Positions 12,897 to 26,038 are shown, counted from the first letter of the whole stretch. The stretch is DNA of 63,967 nucleotides, filler included, from Circinaria calcarea (GCA_051942165.1; 3 parts of 3 records of this genome joined end to end with filler, not necessarily neighbours in it), one strand, 5' to 3'. Program-made: numbers and translations. Notes: generated by a model from the sequence alone, not told the origin.

Positions 12897-13738
12897 TTAG
12901 TAATAACGACTGTAGGAGGCTACCGGCATCGCTCCCCGTTTATGTAAACCGCTCCTCGCCTCGACGTAGGCCTCGGCGTAGGCGTCGGCATAAGCAGCAG
13001 CTACTGCCTCGCGGTTAAACAGGACCGAACGACTGACTTTCTGCTTCTTCTTAGTTTGCAGGCGGGTGCGAGAAGCCGGGCCGGCTGCGTCATCATCTGA
13101 GGGTGAGGGCGATTTGCGCTTGTTATCTTTGCCACTGCATAGGGGCCAAGGATGTTAGCAAGAGGAGGATGGACTGGAAGAATTCTGACCGTAGAAATAG
13201 GAAGGAACCGGGGAAAGTGGCTTACGCTGGTTTATCGTCAACAGAAAATAAAAGCTTGTCCGTTCCTTTTTTATCGGCTTGTTTCGCAACAGCTAAAATA
13301 TTCCCGCCTTCAACTAGAGCAGGTAGCTTGGTCAGCAAGAGCTTTATGTATTTGACCTTAATATTCAAAGGTTTGAATGACTGCAGTCCTCATACCATTT
13401 TGCCCCTTCGTTTCAACAGATTCGACATGAGCGTCTTTCCCTCCTTCCTTGAAAGGTGCATGCGGTTTCTCATCGTTCGTCTTTTCAGGATGCGTGGCAA
13501 GACCTCCAGTTGCTTCCTTACGATGTTAATCTGTTACAGCTTTGTCCTTGTTGAGGTGTCCTAGCTGGACGCCGTGCTGGATTTGATTCTGAGCCGTATC
13601 CGCTCCATCTTTGGTCTCGTAATTGACGCGTACCGGAGAGGGACTTTTGCTTCGGGAACCAGTTGAACTACCCGCGGGGAGGGCAGAGGCGGATGTGAGA
13701 GTGAGGATTGCACAAAGGATTATCGCTGAGAGCTTCAT
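12897..13738 (-). pseudogene. Secreted NucA/NucB-like nuclease-domain protein with premature stop
   Basis: Signal peptide MKLSAIILCAILTLTSASALP. After an in-frame TAA (13528-13526) the frame continues HRKEATGGLATHPEKTNDEKPHAPFKEGGKDAHVESV, resembling the NucB DExP.A…EGG..A.V motif. Two GT-AG introns follow, and the last exon has REAVAAAYADAYAEAYVEA. Confidence 0.55.
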
Positions 13739-15208
13739 AGTAAGTGATTGAGAATTGATAAGAATAACAGGAAAGAATAGATTTCTAAAAATGCTAGAAC
13801 AGGGAAAGGGAATCGAAAATTGAGTCAAGGACCGGCCTTGAGATATTTGATGCTTGGGAGATTGAGCTTGTATATACCTGTAGAGAGAGAGGTCAAGGTA
13901 CTCTTATACCAAAATGTTCGCCTCTAGTACTCTATCGCTAGGTTAGGCGATGGTTGCCGTTGTGAGCAGCATTACAACTGTGGGAACCAACTTGGGCGAT
14001 TCTCCTCGGTCCTAGAAGTTGGGGTTTCGCAAGGAACTATTCCTCGCTCCTCTATGCATAACATAGGACATGATAGCGAACGAGTATTTCCTATCTCACA
14101 TCTTGAACGTTGGAAGGTTTCATAGCCCATGGGTTATTCCACCAACCTTTAGATATAGGTCAGCTTCGCAAGTAATTGTCCCGAAGCCTTGCAACTTGCG
14201 AGAAGGTCTTCGAACAGTCCCACAGGGGGGCACAGGTAATGAAGGTAGTGAGGTTGGAGCTGAAACAGGTGATAGAAGGATGAGGCTGTACTACAATGGA
14301 AGTAATACTTGCACAGATTGTAGGATGCCATGGAGGTGTGAGAAGTGTTTGTTTCAGCTAGTTGAGCTATTGGATCATTATTATGATGGTTAATTGATGT
14401 ATATAATTTCAATTTATGATGATAGTCGGCAGAACCCCGGAACCTTCACAATCCGTGCCGCGTGTACCGCACAGGACGCGGCACGGATTGTTGCATCTCT
14501 GAGTTTTTTACCAGCCAAAATAAAATCTGAATTATATACATGAATTAATCACCATACTGATGATTTGATACCTTTGCCACCTGTAGCAACTAGTTGCTTA
14601 CATCGAGAAGGCATTTTTACAATACAGGACGTTCCATTGCCAATGATTGAATATTTACTATGCTATTTACTCTCTGAGATTTTTAGCGCTCGGAGGTGCA
14701 ACGATCCGTGCCGCCTCCTGTCCCCTGTGCCGGGTCCTGTGCCGCCTCCTGTGCCGCCCCCTCATGGGCCCGACGTATAATCGCCAGAAGAGCTTCAGCC
14801 CCAACGCCTTATTAGGATCTTTGACTGTGCAAGACCTTTCAAAAGTTGGTTGGTGATATAAGAGTCATGATTCATAATCTCAGTAATAACGTGCCGCGCT
14901 GGCAGCAAACAGTGTTGTCTCTGAAAATAATCCTGTTGTAGTAGCAACTATTACAGAACAGTCAACCAACTAGTCCACCGAGGTTGGAGCCCAAAGTGGG
15001 ACTTGGGAGTGAATACAAGTACCGCGGGAATGAATACGAGTAACGTGTCATGAGCTCATTTATCTCCAGACAATACATACAGCTATCGTTTCCAAGTATA
15101 GAAAATCATCGCCATCAGACTAAACAGACACATCAGACACCACTCATATCGAAAGAATAACACATTCAACTCCTACGGCAAGCGAGGCAATCAGCAGCAT
15201 CACTCGAA

Positions 15209-15797
15209 ATGACGGTCGAGGACACAATTGCTCAAGGATGCAAGATGTATCCCGTTTTCTGTTCAGCAGAGATTCCAACTGAGGTACGTTTATAACACCC
15301 TAAGAGAAGATAATAAACCTCACCCTCGCTAGCTTCTGGACGAACTCATCATGGAATCTCGAAAAGGGCTGGCAGCAATTGGCGGCGCCGGTGCCTTGTT
15401 CATCATGCAATCGAATTATATCGTCGCCCGTCATGGCTCTCGTCCACCCATACAGCCCTTTGAGTCCCCGTGTCTCGGAAGAACTGTTGAAGACATCTAC
15501 GGAAGCTTTAAACGAGGTGTGGTTCCACAGGACTACTTTACTGAGCACACCTTTGCCGTTGTTGACGACGAGACCGCTTCGACCAAAACTATTTTGGTCG
15601 CCACTGATGCGGATGGTTCCCTGCAGACAGTACGCAGCGACTTCTGGTCCTCACTGCATGCCATGGTTCCATTCGAGATGAAGACTATCACCCTCCAACA
15701 AAGCAGCGCCGGTGGTAACGGTTTAATCAGCAAGGAGTTGATTAAGAAGCAGGATGCGGACTACGACGCCATGCAGGAAAGGCAAAAGGCTGAATAG
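15209..15797 (+). CDS. Small hypothetical fungal protein (2 exons)
   Basis: ATG at 15209 (MTVEDTIAQGCKMYPVFCSAEIPTE), intron GTACGT 15284 to CTAG 15332, then in frame with ORF 15351-15797. Confidence 0.6.
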
Positions 15798-17234
15798 GGA
15801 ATCATTGCTTTACACAACTATGGCAGGTTCGGGTGGCTTCAAGTGGACATCCCAGAAGACGCTACACGGAACGGTGTGGAGCGTAGATCTCGGCACGATA
15901 CTGCATTGCTTATTTATGCCTTTCCATCTGTAGTTTAGAACTCACCAATTCATGAGAGCACGAATCCTCCTTTTAATGGTGTCCGAGATGAGGAGCTGTT
16001 ATTTTGTTAATTTGAATGGGTTCAATCGCTATAATCGTGCCAATTAAGTCCTTTTCTACACACGACTCACGCTTATTGTAAGGCCGTAGAGTACTTTACC
16101 TGAAAAATATCTATGGCTAAGGTATGTGGTAACGTGAGGCACACGAGCAATACGATGGTTGTACGCAGTATATTGGAGAACTAATCGTTAAGGAAGGAAA
16201 ACCTATGTGCGTGAAAAGGTTTTTCACTATACGCCAAGACGCCAACTAAGCGAGGTCTCGCCACCCCTTATAGTAGGCGTAGAGCATAACATTTATTTCA
16301 CTTGCACAATTCGGAAATCCTCTCTATATATATAGAGGTACCGAAAATTTTTTAGGAACAGAGGTATGGAAGCTCGAACAACATTATATAGAACCTAATG
16401 AGCAAGGTATCAAATATCAAAGGATCACGAAGGACTAAATTCCTTAACTTATCGATAAAAAAAAATACAGAAAGAACGAGCACGCCTGTTATCGAAAAAT
16501 TAAAAAAAATAAATTATTATATATAAATAAACCTACTGGTTAATCGATACGAAAGGATACAGAAAAATAAGCACGTTTATTACCACATCGAAAAGGACCG
16601 AGGAACCAAATTTTCTTACTACGCCTATATGGTATTTAAGATCTATTAAACTGCTATGGTACACTACACATATTATATCGATTACCCTATTCTGTTCTAT
16701 TCTGTTCCGTTCCCCTCACCTCATCATAACAAGAACGCGGCAGACGGAGGAGGTATGGTGGAGTATAATGGTCGAGGATGATGGGTAGAGAATAACAGCG
16801 GTGGAAGAATAGTTTTATTATTAATTATTGAGGGCAATGATCATTAGTAATGGGGGTGGTTTGTGGAAGCATAGATCTTGGCACGCTACTGTATTATTTA
16901 TTGATGCCTTTCCATCTGTAGTTTTAGAACCTTACCTGTTCATAAGAGCACGAATCCTCTTTTCAACGGCATCCCAGTCAGTGTCCAAGGTTCGGTACCG
17001 GGGAGGAGGAAGCCTAAATGTATCGAAGTGGGTTGAAACCCCCTCTCCTCTCCTGTCCTTTCTTTTCCTTCCCTCCCCCCCCTTTGGCGCGGAGCCGAGA
17101 TCTAAACAATACATATGCTTTCCCTGGAATCCAACTCGTAGCTATGGTCGCTTCACTCCGGAAAATTGTACCAACGGATGCATAATGATATCCAAAGAAA
17201 GTCCGTCCTCCAAGTAACCCCGCAAGTCCCCACA

Positions 17235-20200
17235 TCACCTCCGATCGAAAAACCAACTACTTCTCTTCCCTCCCTCTTGTCCTCCAAGTAATCCACTTAG
17301 CACCGGAACGTTCGGTCCCCCTGCTCCGGTTCCATTGGTGTTATCAAAGGCACCACCGCCTCGAAGCGGTTTCGCGATGCGAGAGCCCGCGCCGCCGAAA
17401 CTGAAACCGCCGGTGGAGGCGATGGAGGAGCGTGTGGAGCCTAGTTTGGCGGCTTCGAGACGGTCTTTTACGGCGGTGAGTTGGGCTTCAAAACTATTGG
17501 GAAGGCCACAAGGAAAGGTTAGTTGGTTGTAAATGTATGGGGGGAAATGAAGGGGAGGAGGGGGAAGGATAGGGGCTGGAAGGGCTGATGAATAAAGAAA
17601 AGGAAGAACAGGTAAATGGAAACATACCGATGATTGGCGGCTGTCAGTTTCTCCTGACTGTCGCCTAGCAAAGCTTCCAAACTCAAAATCCGCTCGTTCC
17701 TCGCACTGAGCTTCCTCTCCGCAATCGCGACTTCTTTCTTCAAGCTTCCGTTTTGATCCACCAGCTGCCGCTGCACATGCATCAACTGCTCAAGGTTACG
17801 TTCGAGGAAAGCCATCTTCTTCTGCTGAGCGCGGTTGTTAGATGAGCGGAGGACGTTGTTGTATTGCTCTCGGGTTTCATCGAGCGAGATTTCCAGCTCG
17901 ACTACGCGCTCGCACCGGTTTTGCAGGTCACGCATGAGGGATTTCTTCATAATATCAAAGTCGGCAATTTGTTGCTGGACGGTTTTGCCGTTGAGGCCAG
18001 GGCTGGAGACGCCATTTGTGGACGGACCTCTTGGGTGGTTTTCTACTTCATCGAGACGGGCTCGTAAGCGGGTGTTTTCTTGAATCTTATGGTCTAGCTC
18101 ATGATGTAGAGATTCGATTGTGTTCAGCTCTCCGTCCAGTCTGCTGCCATAGGATTTCTCGAGCCGATCCTTGACTTCATCAACATCAGCCTCGGAAAGA
18201 TTTCGTTCTAGTATTTCTTCGTATTCCCGCTCGATTGCTGCTAATCTTTCTTCCAGATCGTCTTTCCGTCGACTCCGATCATCTCCATTTTCTGCTCGCG
18301 CAGCAAAGCTAAGCTCTGCTTGCCGTACAATCCCTTGGGTTTCCATAAGTTGTGCACTAAGCCTTCCTAATTCATCAGGCGCCACAATCTCCCCAGCCAT
18401 GCTTATCTGGCGCAAAGCATCTACGTGCTCGATGCAACGCCTGATCTTCTTCTCATTATCTGAAAATACCTCTTCACCCATCTCAAATCCAGCCATCATC
18501 TGTGCCATGCGTTCAGACTTCTTCCTCTCTTTCTGGTCGAGAGCCGCATGAGTCTGGTTTGCAATCATCTTTGCGTCTAAAAGCTGCTGCTTGACCTCAT
18601 CCAGCTCATTCGTGAGCTCTAAGTTGGCTTCCTTTAGACTATCCATTGTGATACTTGCCTCTTTACTCTCGTAAGCAACCCTTTCAAGCTGCATTTTCAA
18701 CTCGTTAGTCTCACTACTGAGCCTCTCATTCTCTTTGATTGATCTGCCGGCCGTTTCTTTCAGATACCTGAGCTCTTCCTTCGCGCTCTGTAATCCTTTT
18801 TCAACAGCAGCTATTTGCGTTTCCTTTTCTGCAACCTGATCCTGAAGCTCGTTCTCCCGTCGTAAAAATTCTTCCCGTTCATCTTTGTCGAGAACAACGC
18901 TCGGCGTACTGGATCGATCACCTAATCTTGACTCTGATCTACTAGGTGTCTCTGACCTTGCCACATCTGCCTGCAGGTACGAAGGTGTTCCCGATCTTTC
19001 TGATCTTTGTGATCTGGATTCCGCCCTTCTCCCAGAAACACCATCACTCGCTAATGAAGCCGCCCATCGCTCTCTAGGAACCGATTCTCCACTTCGCCAC
19101 GACTGCACCTCTCCTTCCAGGCTTGCTAGATAGTTCTCGTATGTAGTGACCTGGCTCTGAGCCTTCTTGAGCAGTTGCTTTAACTCCGCTGGGCTCAGTT
19201 CGGCGTTTATCTTGGCCTTGTTCTTGATTGCCTTTGCCCTCACACCGAACCGAAGGGTGCCGAGGGTCTCAGCATCATTGTAGCTACTAGGCGAGCAATT
19301 GATGATGAGCGTCGTTCGAGAGTTTCCTCCGAGTGATTCTTGAAGGATTCGTGTAAGCTTAGAGTCACGGTATGGTATATGGGTTGATTTCCCATCCGTG
19401 AGAGAGTTGATGACCATTCCCAATGCACTCAAGCTTTTGTTGATTTTCTTAGCTTCCTCTAGGGTCTGTCCACTCGCTCCAGTTTTTCCAACCTTCTCAC
19501 TACCTGCGAGATCCACGAGGAATAGTTGACCGCTCTTTGCCGATCCAGTCTCGACATTCTTCTGCGTGATAGTGACGACGAATATGGAATGTGAGCGCGA
19601 AGACTCTTGATTCATGTTCGTAGCCGCTACAGCTCTCGTGGTGCCGCCTCTTCTCATGACCTCATAGACCTCCTGCACGCTTGAAACGTATATTTCCAGT
19701 AGTCCTTTTACATATACGCCCCTGCTTTTCTCTTCGTGCACCGGTAGGTTATCATTCTGTGGCTGCAGGAGATCCCTAATCCTTTCCATGTATATTTCCA
19801 TGTAGCTCACCCTCACAGTGTATTCGATATTTCCCGGACTAGCTAGTATGCTTGCGAAGATCTGCTCCACGATGCGCGGTATTATTCCCTTTGATACCTC
19901 ATCGTCAATGTCGGCGCCCATCATGGTATATGACTTCCCAGCCCCGGTCTGCCCGTAGGCGAACACGGTACCATTGTAGCCATTAAGAATATCGTCAACT
20001 GTGGGTCTAATGGAGAAATCGAAGACATCGCTCTGGCGCGACTTGGTATCGAAGATGCGGTCGAAGGTAAACGAGCCTGTTGCCTCTCTTGACTAATGAG
20101 CTGTCAGCTTGGGTGCGGAACCCTCCGAATGAAGGTCGGCTGGTTGAGGGTTTGGCAGAGCTGCCCAGGGGCGACAGGAGCATACATTGATCGTGCACGT

Positions 20201-20434
20201 CTCTTCTGTTTCGAAATCGACTATTGACTCTCCTCCGCTTGCCAACTCCGCTTTGTTCGGCGGCCGAAACCGGGCGACAACTGCACAGGATGATCAGTGA
20301 AGATTGGGTTGATTGGTACGCTACAACTTGCCCTTTATCGTGTTGTAGCTCCCTGTAGTGCCCGCGTTCCTAGAGAGTTACAAGCTTGTTAGCACATGGC
20401 TGGGGCGGGCTCTCTGTAGCATTGCTTACGCCAT
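17235..20434 (-). CDS. kinA: Conventional kinesin heavy chain (kinesin-1)
   Basis: Motor motifs GQTGAGKS, NQESSRSH, LVDLAGSE and HIPYRDSKLT; coiled-coil stalk; fungal tail RIAKPLRGGG and KRSSWFF in the last exon. Short 5' exons contain NTIKVVARFRP. Confidence 0.97.
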
Positions 20435-21349
20435 GGTGGAGATTGCTTCGGTGTTACAGTGGCATGAATTGCGCCGGATGATGTCTCGATCGTTCTGTCA
20501 AGAGACGTCTGGTAAAAATTGGCGATGTGCCAACGTCGAATTCGCGCTAACCAGGCCGGGGGCTTTTGGTATGCTAAGGGGGACGCGGGGCGTGGAGGGC
20601 GTTGAAGGCCGTAGTCATGTGGTTTCCCGTCAGACGCGCTCGATAGAAGGTGTGAAAGTGCTTATCCAGAGGTCAGGCCCTGTGTTACTGTTTCAAAGTC
20701 CTTTTGGGCGTGCAAAACACGCTTCCTTGCAAGACGATGCAGATAATTCGGTTGCTATGTTTGTGTTGCAGCCGGAGATCATCATCATTTCTCGTGGCTC
20801 GGCAATCCTCTCCCCCCATCTCCCGGTCACGTGTCGATCATCCTATCCCACCCATGCCACTCTCATCTCCGCGCCAAACGCCAAAGCGGGAAAGCTCCGA
20901 CCACCGTGCATATTAAATTTGACGTGAGAGCTCCGGCACTTGGATTTCCCCCACCTGCATAATGCACTACGTTGGTCTGGGCTAATGGTTCCGGGCTACA
21001 GTTCGCACGGGCCCCTGGGCTTGCATGAAGAGGAGAAATATGTCCAATTTGGGTGCAACAAACCAAAAGAAAGTATGTAACAAAGGATGTCTGGATACCA
21101 TCACAGACAAGAAGAGATGGGACATCATGAAGAAGGCCAACACCAGACTGTGCTCAATCTGATTAGACCTGGTATCAACCGACGACATGCGCCTCTGCCC
21201 CCAACCCCACGCTATGAGAAAATTCTCCCCCTCCAGGAACCATTTCCCCTTTGCTGAAAAAAAAAAATTCCAACAGGCTCGGGGTCACGGAAGCTGATAT
21301 GGCTGACGGATGGTGATTGAATAGAGAGTAAATGGTAAAAATCGTAGTG

Positions 21350-22119
21350 CTAGTCATCCCAGCTTTTTTCCACCGTCTCGCGCACCCGCTTGGTGTATTC
21401 TCGGCGGTTGTCCTTGTAAAGATTCGACGCTTCGACGTTGGCAGGTGAAGACGTATTGGGGTCGTTGAGTAGGCTGGTGTGGGAATTAACTTTCAAGTGC
21501 CGCACCGCGGATGTTTGACGAGGTCTACTGTCTTTCTCAGCTCGGGACACTCACCTTTGAATGCTGGTCAAGATGGCCGCAACATCATACGTTGGACTCC
21601 ATCGGTTCTGGAGGATGTCCAAGCATAGCTCTCCGGTTCCGTAGACGTTCGGGTGGAACATTTGGCTGATGAATTTGACGCCGGGCGGTTTGTTAGGATA
21701 TTGCTCTTCGAAATGCATGACAAGGCGAAAGGTTCCATCCTCGAAAGGGGTGTCCGCTGGGCCGATGATGACGGCGTTCCTTCGTCCAGAAATCCGATTA
21801 GCATACTCGTCCAGAGCCTCCGCGACGAGGAGAAGTTTACCAAGTCATCACATTATCGGCAATGGGAGATGCGGAAACGCCAGCTGGAGGGTCGGTTTGC
21901 ATTCGCTATCATCCATTAGTCCAGGCACCGGGCACTAGAAGAAGAAACGCGAATAGCGTATGAAAATCAGGTGGAAAGCAACGACGATTCAAAGTCTGCC
22001 GTCGGTACAACGCATGAGAGAACAGCATTCAAATAGTGGACTTTTGCTGGTACCGAGGGCTTCACGGCATAGCTCACCTTGAAGTCACGCATTAGGCGGC
22101 GACGAGCTGACGTTGACAT
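21350..22119 (-). CDS. RAD6: Ubiquitin-conjugating enzyme E2 Rad6/Ubc2
   Basis: Exons give [14 protein letters not shown] / [14 protein letters not shown] / [17 protein letters not shown]…[26 protein letters not shown] / [15 protein letters not shown]…VEKSWDD. Confidence 0.97.
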
Positions 22120-22747
22120 GTTGGCAGTTCTTTCTAGCACTGTGATACGGGTGGTTTCAGAAGGTCAGGTTGCCGTGTCACCAGGTGATATTTAATTCCC
22201 CGCTTTGCAGATGACACTGGCTGCGAGCATTAGCCAGACTCCTTCTGCAAGAGAGGTTGGGGGATTGTTGGGTCGATGGCCGCGGAGGGGCAAGTGGCAC
22301 TCTATATCGGGACAAGGGTGATGATTGGACTAACCAGGCAAACATGGCAAGATAATAGTAGTAGCTGCCTTTCTCGCGTGCGATCTCTGCAGCCTCGGCC
22401 GGATCATGTCTGAGCGTTCGTCGGTAGAGATGGGGCAGAGCATCATCAGTCACGGATGCATGAAGTAATTTGGGGCCCCGTCAGCCCTACAGGCCAGGCC
22501 CAAGTCGACGTGCGGAAGCCGCAGATATCTCGTTGAGCCTTTGGCCAGAGCAATCAATGGACATTGGACCGTCTGGAGCGCTTATGATGCACGACGGTTA
22601 CTGCCGGTGTCCAACCCCCCACGGAAATCCCACTCCGCCTCGTGCTCGCCCTTCACGATCTACGATCCTATCAGATACTAGACCGACACAGCGTGGCGTC
22701 ATCCCTCGTCTCCCATTCACCTTTCCTCCTCCTCCAACAACAGCAAC

Positions 22748-23371
22748 ATGGTCATTCGTGTCAAGCGATCCGCCTTAGCCTCCGGGCTCCAACGCTCTAT
22801 GACCCGCATGAGCCGTCTGCCCCAGCTCCGGAGACACCTCCACTCCACGCCATCCCGTTGTCGAGAGATCCGTGATGCCTACATCCTCAGTGCCTCTCGC
22901 ACGCCCATAGGCAAGTTCAACGGCTCTTTCCTGACTGTACCCGCGCCCGATCTGGGGGCAACCGCCATCCGCTCGGCGTTGTCGAAATCCAATGTCCCGG
23001 CTTCCTTCATCACCACTACATACATGGGCAACGTCCTTTCTGCCGCCGTAGGCCAAGCCCCCGCACGTCAAGCTTCCATTCTCGCTGGTCTTTCGCCAAC
23101 CGTGGAAGCCATCACCGTCAACAAGGTCTGCGCATCCGGCCTCAAAGCTGTCGTCTTTGGCGCACAAGCCATCCAGCTCGGCATCAATGAGGCCGTCGTA
23201 GCTGGTGGGATGGAGAGCATGAGTCGGGTACCATACTATCTGCCGAGAGGGAGTGGTATGCCTGCCTTTGGAGAGATAAAGGCCGAGGATGGGCTGATCA
23301 AGGACGGCTTATGGGATGTTTATAATCAAATCCACATGGGGGTTTGTGCGGAAAAGACGGCGAAAAAATAC
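22748..23371 (+). CDS. ERG10: Acetyl-CoA acetyltransferase (thiolase), 5' part, truncated by contig end; presequence-like N-terminus
   Basis: Motifs [30 protein letters not shown] (catalytic Cys), AGGMESMS and DGLWDVYN. Confidence 0.92.
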
Positions 23372-23471
23372 NNNNNNNNNNNNNNNNNNNNNNNNNNNNN
23401 NNNNNNNNNNNNNNNTTAATTAATTAANNNNNNNNNNNNNNNNNNNNNNNNNNNNNNNNNNNNNNNNNNNN
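23372..23471. other. Artificial contig spacer
   Basis: N-run, TTAATTAATTAA (stops in all six frames), N-run; exactly 100 nt. Confidence 0.98.
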
Positions 23472-23612
23472 CTCCCATGTACAGTCCACGGTGCTCTAGT
23501 GCAGTGACTGCAATTGGTAGATGGCTTTTGGAAAAAGCACGCGAAGTGTTTACCAGACATGGATTAAGAGTTATCTATGGAGACACTGACTCGTGCCTGT
23601 GCGCTTCTACAA
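23472..23612 (+). repeat. Terminal direct repeat, left copy (141 bp)
   Basis: CTCCCATGTACAGTCC…GCGCTTCTACAA, identical to 46671-46811. Confidence 0.98.
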
Positions 23613-24199
23613 ATATCACAAGACTGGAATATAGCGCCGACGTCACGTCGCATGCTCGACACTGCCTAGACGACCTTCATTCACAGTTATCGCAAACACC
23701 GTTTCGTCGCACAAGGATGATGATCGAGACAGTGCATAAACGAGTGCTTCTGATAGAGAAGAAAAAGTACTGTACACTGTCCGTCCACAATCAGATAAAG
23801 TACAAAGGCTTGTCGATAGTAAGACGAGACACGCTCGGATTATGCAAAAAAGCATGCAAGGTCGTCACGGCAGCACTATTACTTAATGAATCGGTGCATG
23901 ATGCACGAGACATTATTGCAATGTTTATCTCGGACGTAGTTTTAAGAGCTATAAACGGGAAGCTGAGCCACGAAGAAGTATCGAAGGTAGTGAAGCGAGA
24001 CCAGAAACGATGCTTTGTGTACACAGGCAAAGATGGTCTTGAGAAGTCAGTACCAATCGATTTATCTAAGAACACCATTCCTGATTATGATTGTACTAAC
24101 GTACTCAACTCTGTGAAAAACGAGGTTTTAAGAATCACAGGACCCTGCGGGCTTGGAACAACGTCTGATATTATGGAAAACTCAAGAGTATTGTTCTAG
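23472..24199 (+). CDS. polB: Family B DNA polymerase, C-terminal part (continues from 45236-46811 across the circular junction)
   Basis: Motifs YGDTDS, KKKY and KGLSIVRRD. The first 45 aa are identical to the end of the 45236 ORF. Confidence 0.95.
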
Positions 24200-25999
24200 G
24201 GCAAGACTGTTAAAATTCCCGAGGAGAGAACATGCTGTGGTGGTACGAGGAGATTCGTGAAAATCTTCTAACATTGAGATCTTAGTGTAATCTGTCGCTA
24301 ATAGAGATTCGATCCATCCTAACTTCCTGGCAGTCAGACCTTGACGGGAAGTAATCGGATGCCGAGAGGCACCAACCTGATACGTGAACAGCACTGATAA
24401 GTCCTGCAACTCTAGCTCCGACATCGCTATCCCATGGTAGTTGCACACTACTTTAATACCGCGCATGCATATCGTAGATATGTTTAATCCAGCTTTTTTT
24501 GCCCTGTATAAAGCTATTGGGTTGTAAGCAACCTTCAAATGCTTTGCTAGTCCGGTAGTAATCGAGTTGGGTGTACACAATACTTGATAGCTGTCATCAC
24601 TTTTCCTTTTCCATCTAGCATGCATTTTCTCTAGTTCTGCGCATGAGGCTTGTACATCGAAGTATACTAAGGTATACTTAGACGTTGGCCCTAGAAGTGT
24701 ATCTCTCTCACACCCTAGCAGTAAGTCTGATATCATGTCGTGCACATCGAGAACAGAGGTCTGTGCTCTGTGAGAATCTAGCGCTGCCTGCTGCGCTTTC
24801 GAACATAAGTTCATAATTCCTCTGACTGACGGACATCCGACATCTGCGATACCGTCATTTAGAATCTTCATTTCCCCTGTTCGTGTCACAACATACAGAC
24901 CACCACTGCTCGGTCGAAAGAAACAAGATGCCGCTATTCTTGCGGTCCTAGACATAGACCCGATAGAGCCTTGCGATAATTGCTGCCTTCCTACATCGTT
25001 CATTCCTCTGATTGAGTCTTCGACTACCATATGTAGATATGAGCCGGTACCAAACCTGGACTTCATTCCGAGAATGTGCTCCTTCTTCATTCTAGCTAGA
25101 TCTCCGAAGACTAGGTCCGCTGTTCCGTTCTTCAGTTGTTTCGCGCTCAACGTGGTATTCTCAATGAATGCCATAGAACTTTCGCTGCACGGACTCTCAT
25201 GCTTCTGCAGATCCGGTGCAAGAGAATTGTAAAGTTCGCGTGCCTTCTTAAAATTCTGAAACGGTACTAAAGTCCACTGCTCGCACTCGGATATAGAATC
25301 CTTGTCAAAGATTGGTGTTACCTGCGCTTCGTCTCCATCATAGTCTCCATGAAACATAGTAAAAGTTTCTGGGTGTATGCCGATACACTCGAGGTCCCAG
25401 TATCGCACTTTAAGAGGTTGAGTATTTGCAATAGTAAGCGGTGGAGGTCGAACCAACATTATCCAGTCTCCTTCTTGTATTGGGCCTTCTGTATAGACCT
25501 CATTTTCTATGCCATCGCTGTTATAAGTCTTTCGGCATACCCTAATCTTAGAACACAGATTCTCAGAAATGAACACAGAGTGCTTATCAGTCTTCTGAGT
25601 TCTCGCGATTAGCCTCATACTCCCAGCAATAGGTGCGGACATAGTAGATCTCATATTTCCGTGTTTCCCATAGTTCGTGGTCATTAGAGCCTCTATATAT
25701 CCGTCTCTGTTCCCGTTGAAGGCCATTTTTGCAGCCACATGATACTGAGTTACAATCTCTACCGCCCTCATTGACATGGACTGGGGAGGGAGAGGTATTC
25801 CGGCTACCGTTTTGCACATGTGACCAAAGCATCTTTTGTGTAGTCTACATCCCGCCTCGTATTCCTCCATCGAGTTGATCGTTACAGTGTCATAGCTCTC
25901 TCCTTTTTCAAATTTCGAGAGTTTTATTCCTGACACCTCGCAAAATCCGCCTGTAGGAGCACCTTTATGTACTCTTCTAGTGATAGTTTGGCGCTCCAT
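24182..25999 (-). CDS. Minimal DNA-directed RNA polymerase largest subunit (Rpb1/beta'-like), 605 aa
   Basis: Ordered Rpb1 motifs: CFGH (cf. CxGH), GKHGNMR (cf. GKxGRxR), LVRPPPL (cf. NRQPSLH) and catalytic FHGDYDGDE (cf. NADFDGDE). Confidence 0.88.
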   Translation of the reverse strand: MERQTITRRVHKGAPTGGFCEVSGIKLSKFEKGESYDTVTINSMEEYEAGCRLHKRCFGHMCKTVAGIPLPPQSMSMRAVEIVTQYHVAAKMAFNGNRDGYIEALMTTNYGKHGNMRSTMSAPIAGSMRLIARTQKTDKHSVFISENLCSKIRVCRKTYNSDGIENEVYTEGPIQEGDWIMLVRPPPLTIANTQPLKVRYWDLECIGIHPETFTMFHGDYDGDEAQVTPIFDKDSISECEQWTLVPFQNFKKARELYNSLAPDLQKHESPCSESSMAFIENTTLSAKQLKNGTADLVFGDLARMKKEHILGMKSRFGTGSYLHMVVEDSIRGMNDVGRQQLSQGSIGSMSRTARIAASCFFRPSSGGLYVVTRTGEMKILNDGIADVGCPSVRGIMNLCSKAQQAALDSHRAQTSVLDVHDMISDLLLGCERDTLLGPTSKYTLVYFDVQASCAELEKMHARWKRKSDDSYQVLCTPNSITTGLAKHLKVAYNPIALYRAKKAGLNISTICMRGIKVVCNYHGIAMSELELQDLSVLFTYQVGASRHPITSRQGLTARKLGWIESLLATDYTKISMLEDFHESPRTTTACSLLGNFNSLALEQYS

Positions 26000-26038
26000 C
26001 TTCTTGTGAATTCGAGCACACGATCAAGTGTACCCATG

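Noticed and set aside
23416..23427. TTAATTAATTAA as a regulatory site or piggyBac TTAA target
   Set aside because: It is embedded in N-runs and identical at both gaps, so it is a synthetic six-frame stop linker.
23340..23500. Apparent insertion of the virus-like element into the thiolase gene
   Set aside because: The junction is an artificial N/TTAATTAATTAA spacer and the thiolase does not resume after 46911. There is no target-site duplication or host-element junction, so integration is not shown.
23472..23612. 141-bp repeats as LTRs or att sites, or two separate PolB genes
   Set aside because: The repeat lies inside the PolB coding sequence and ends exactly at both contig ends. It is best explained as an assembly overlap of one gene.
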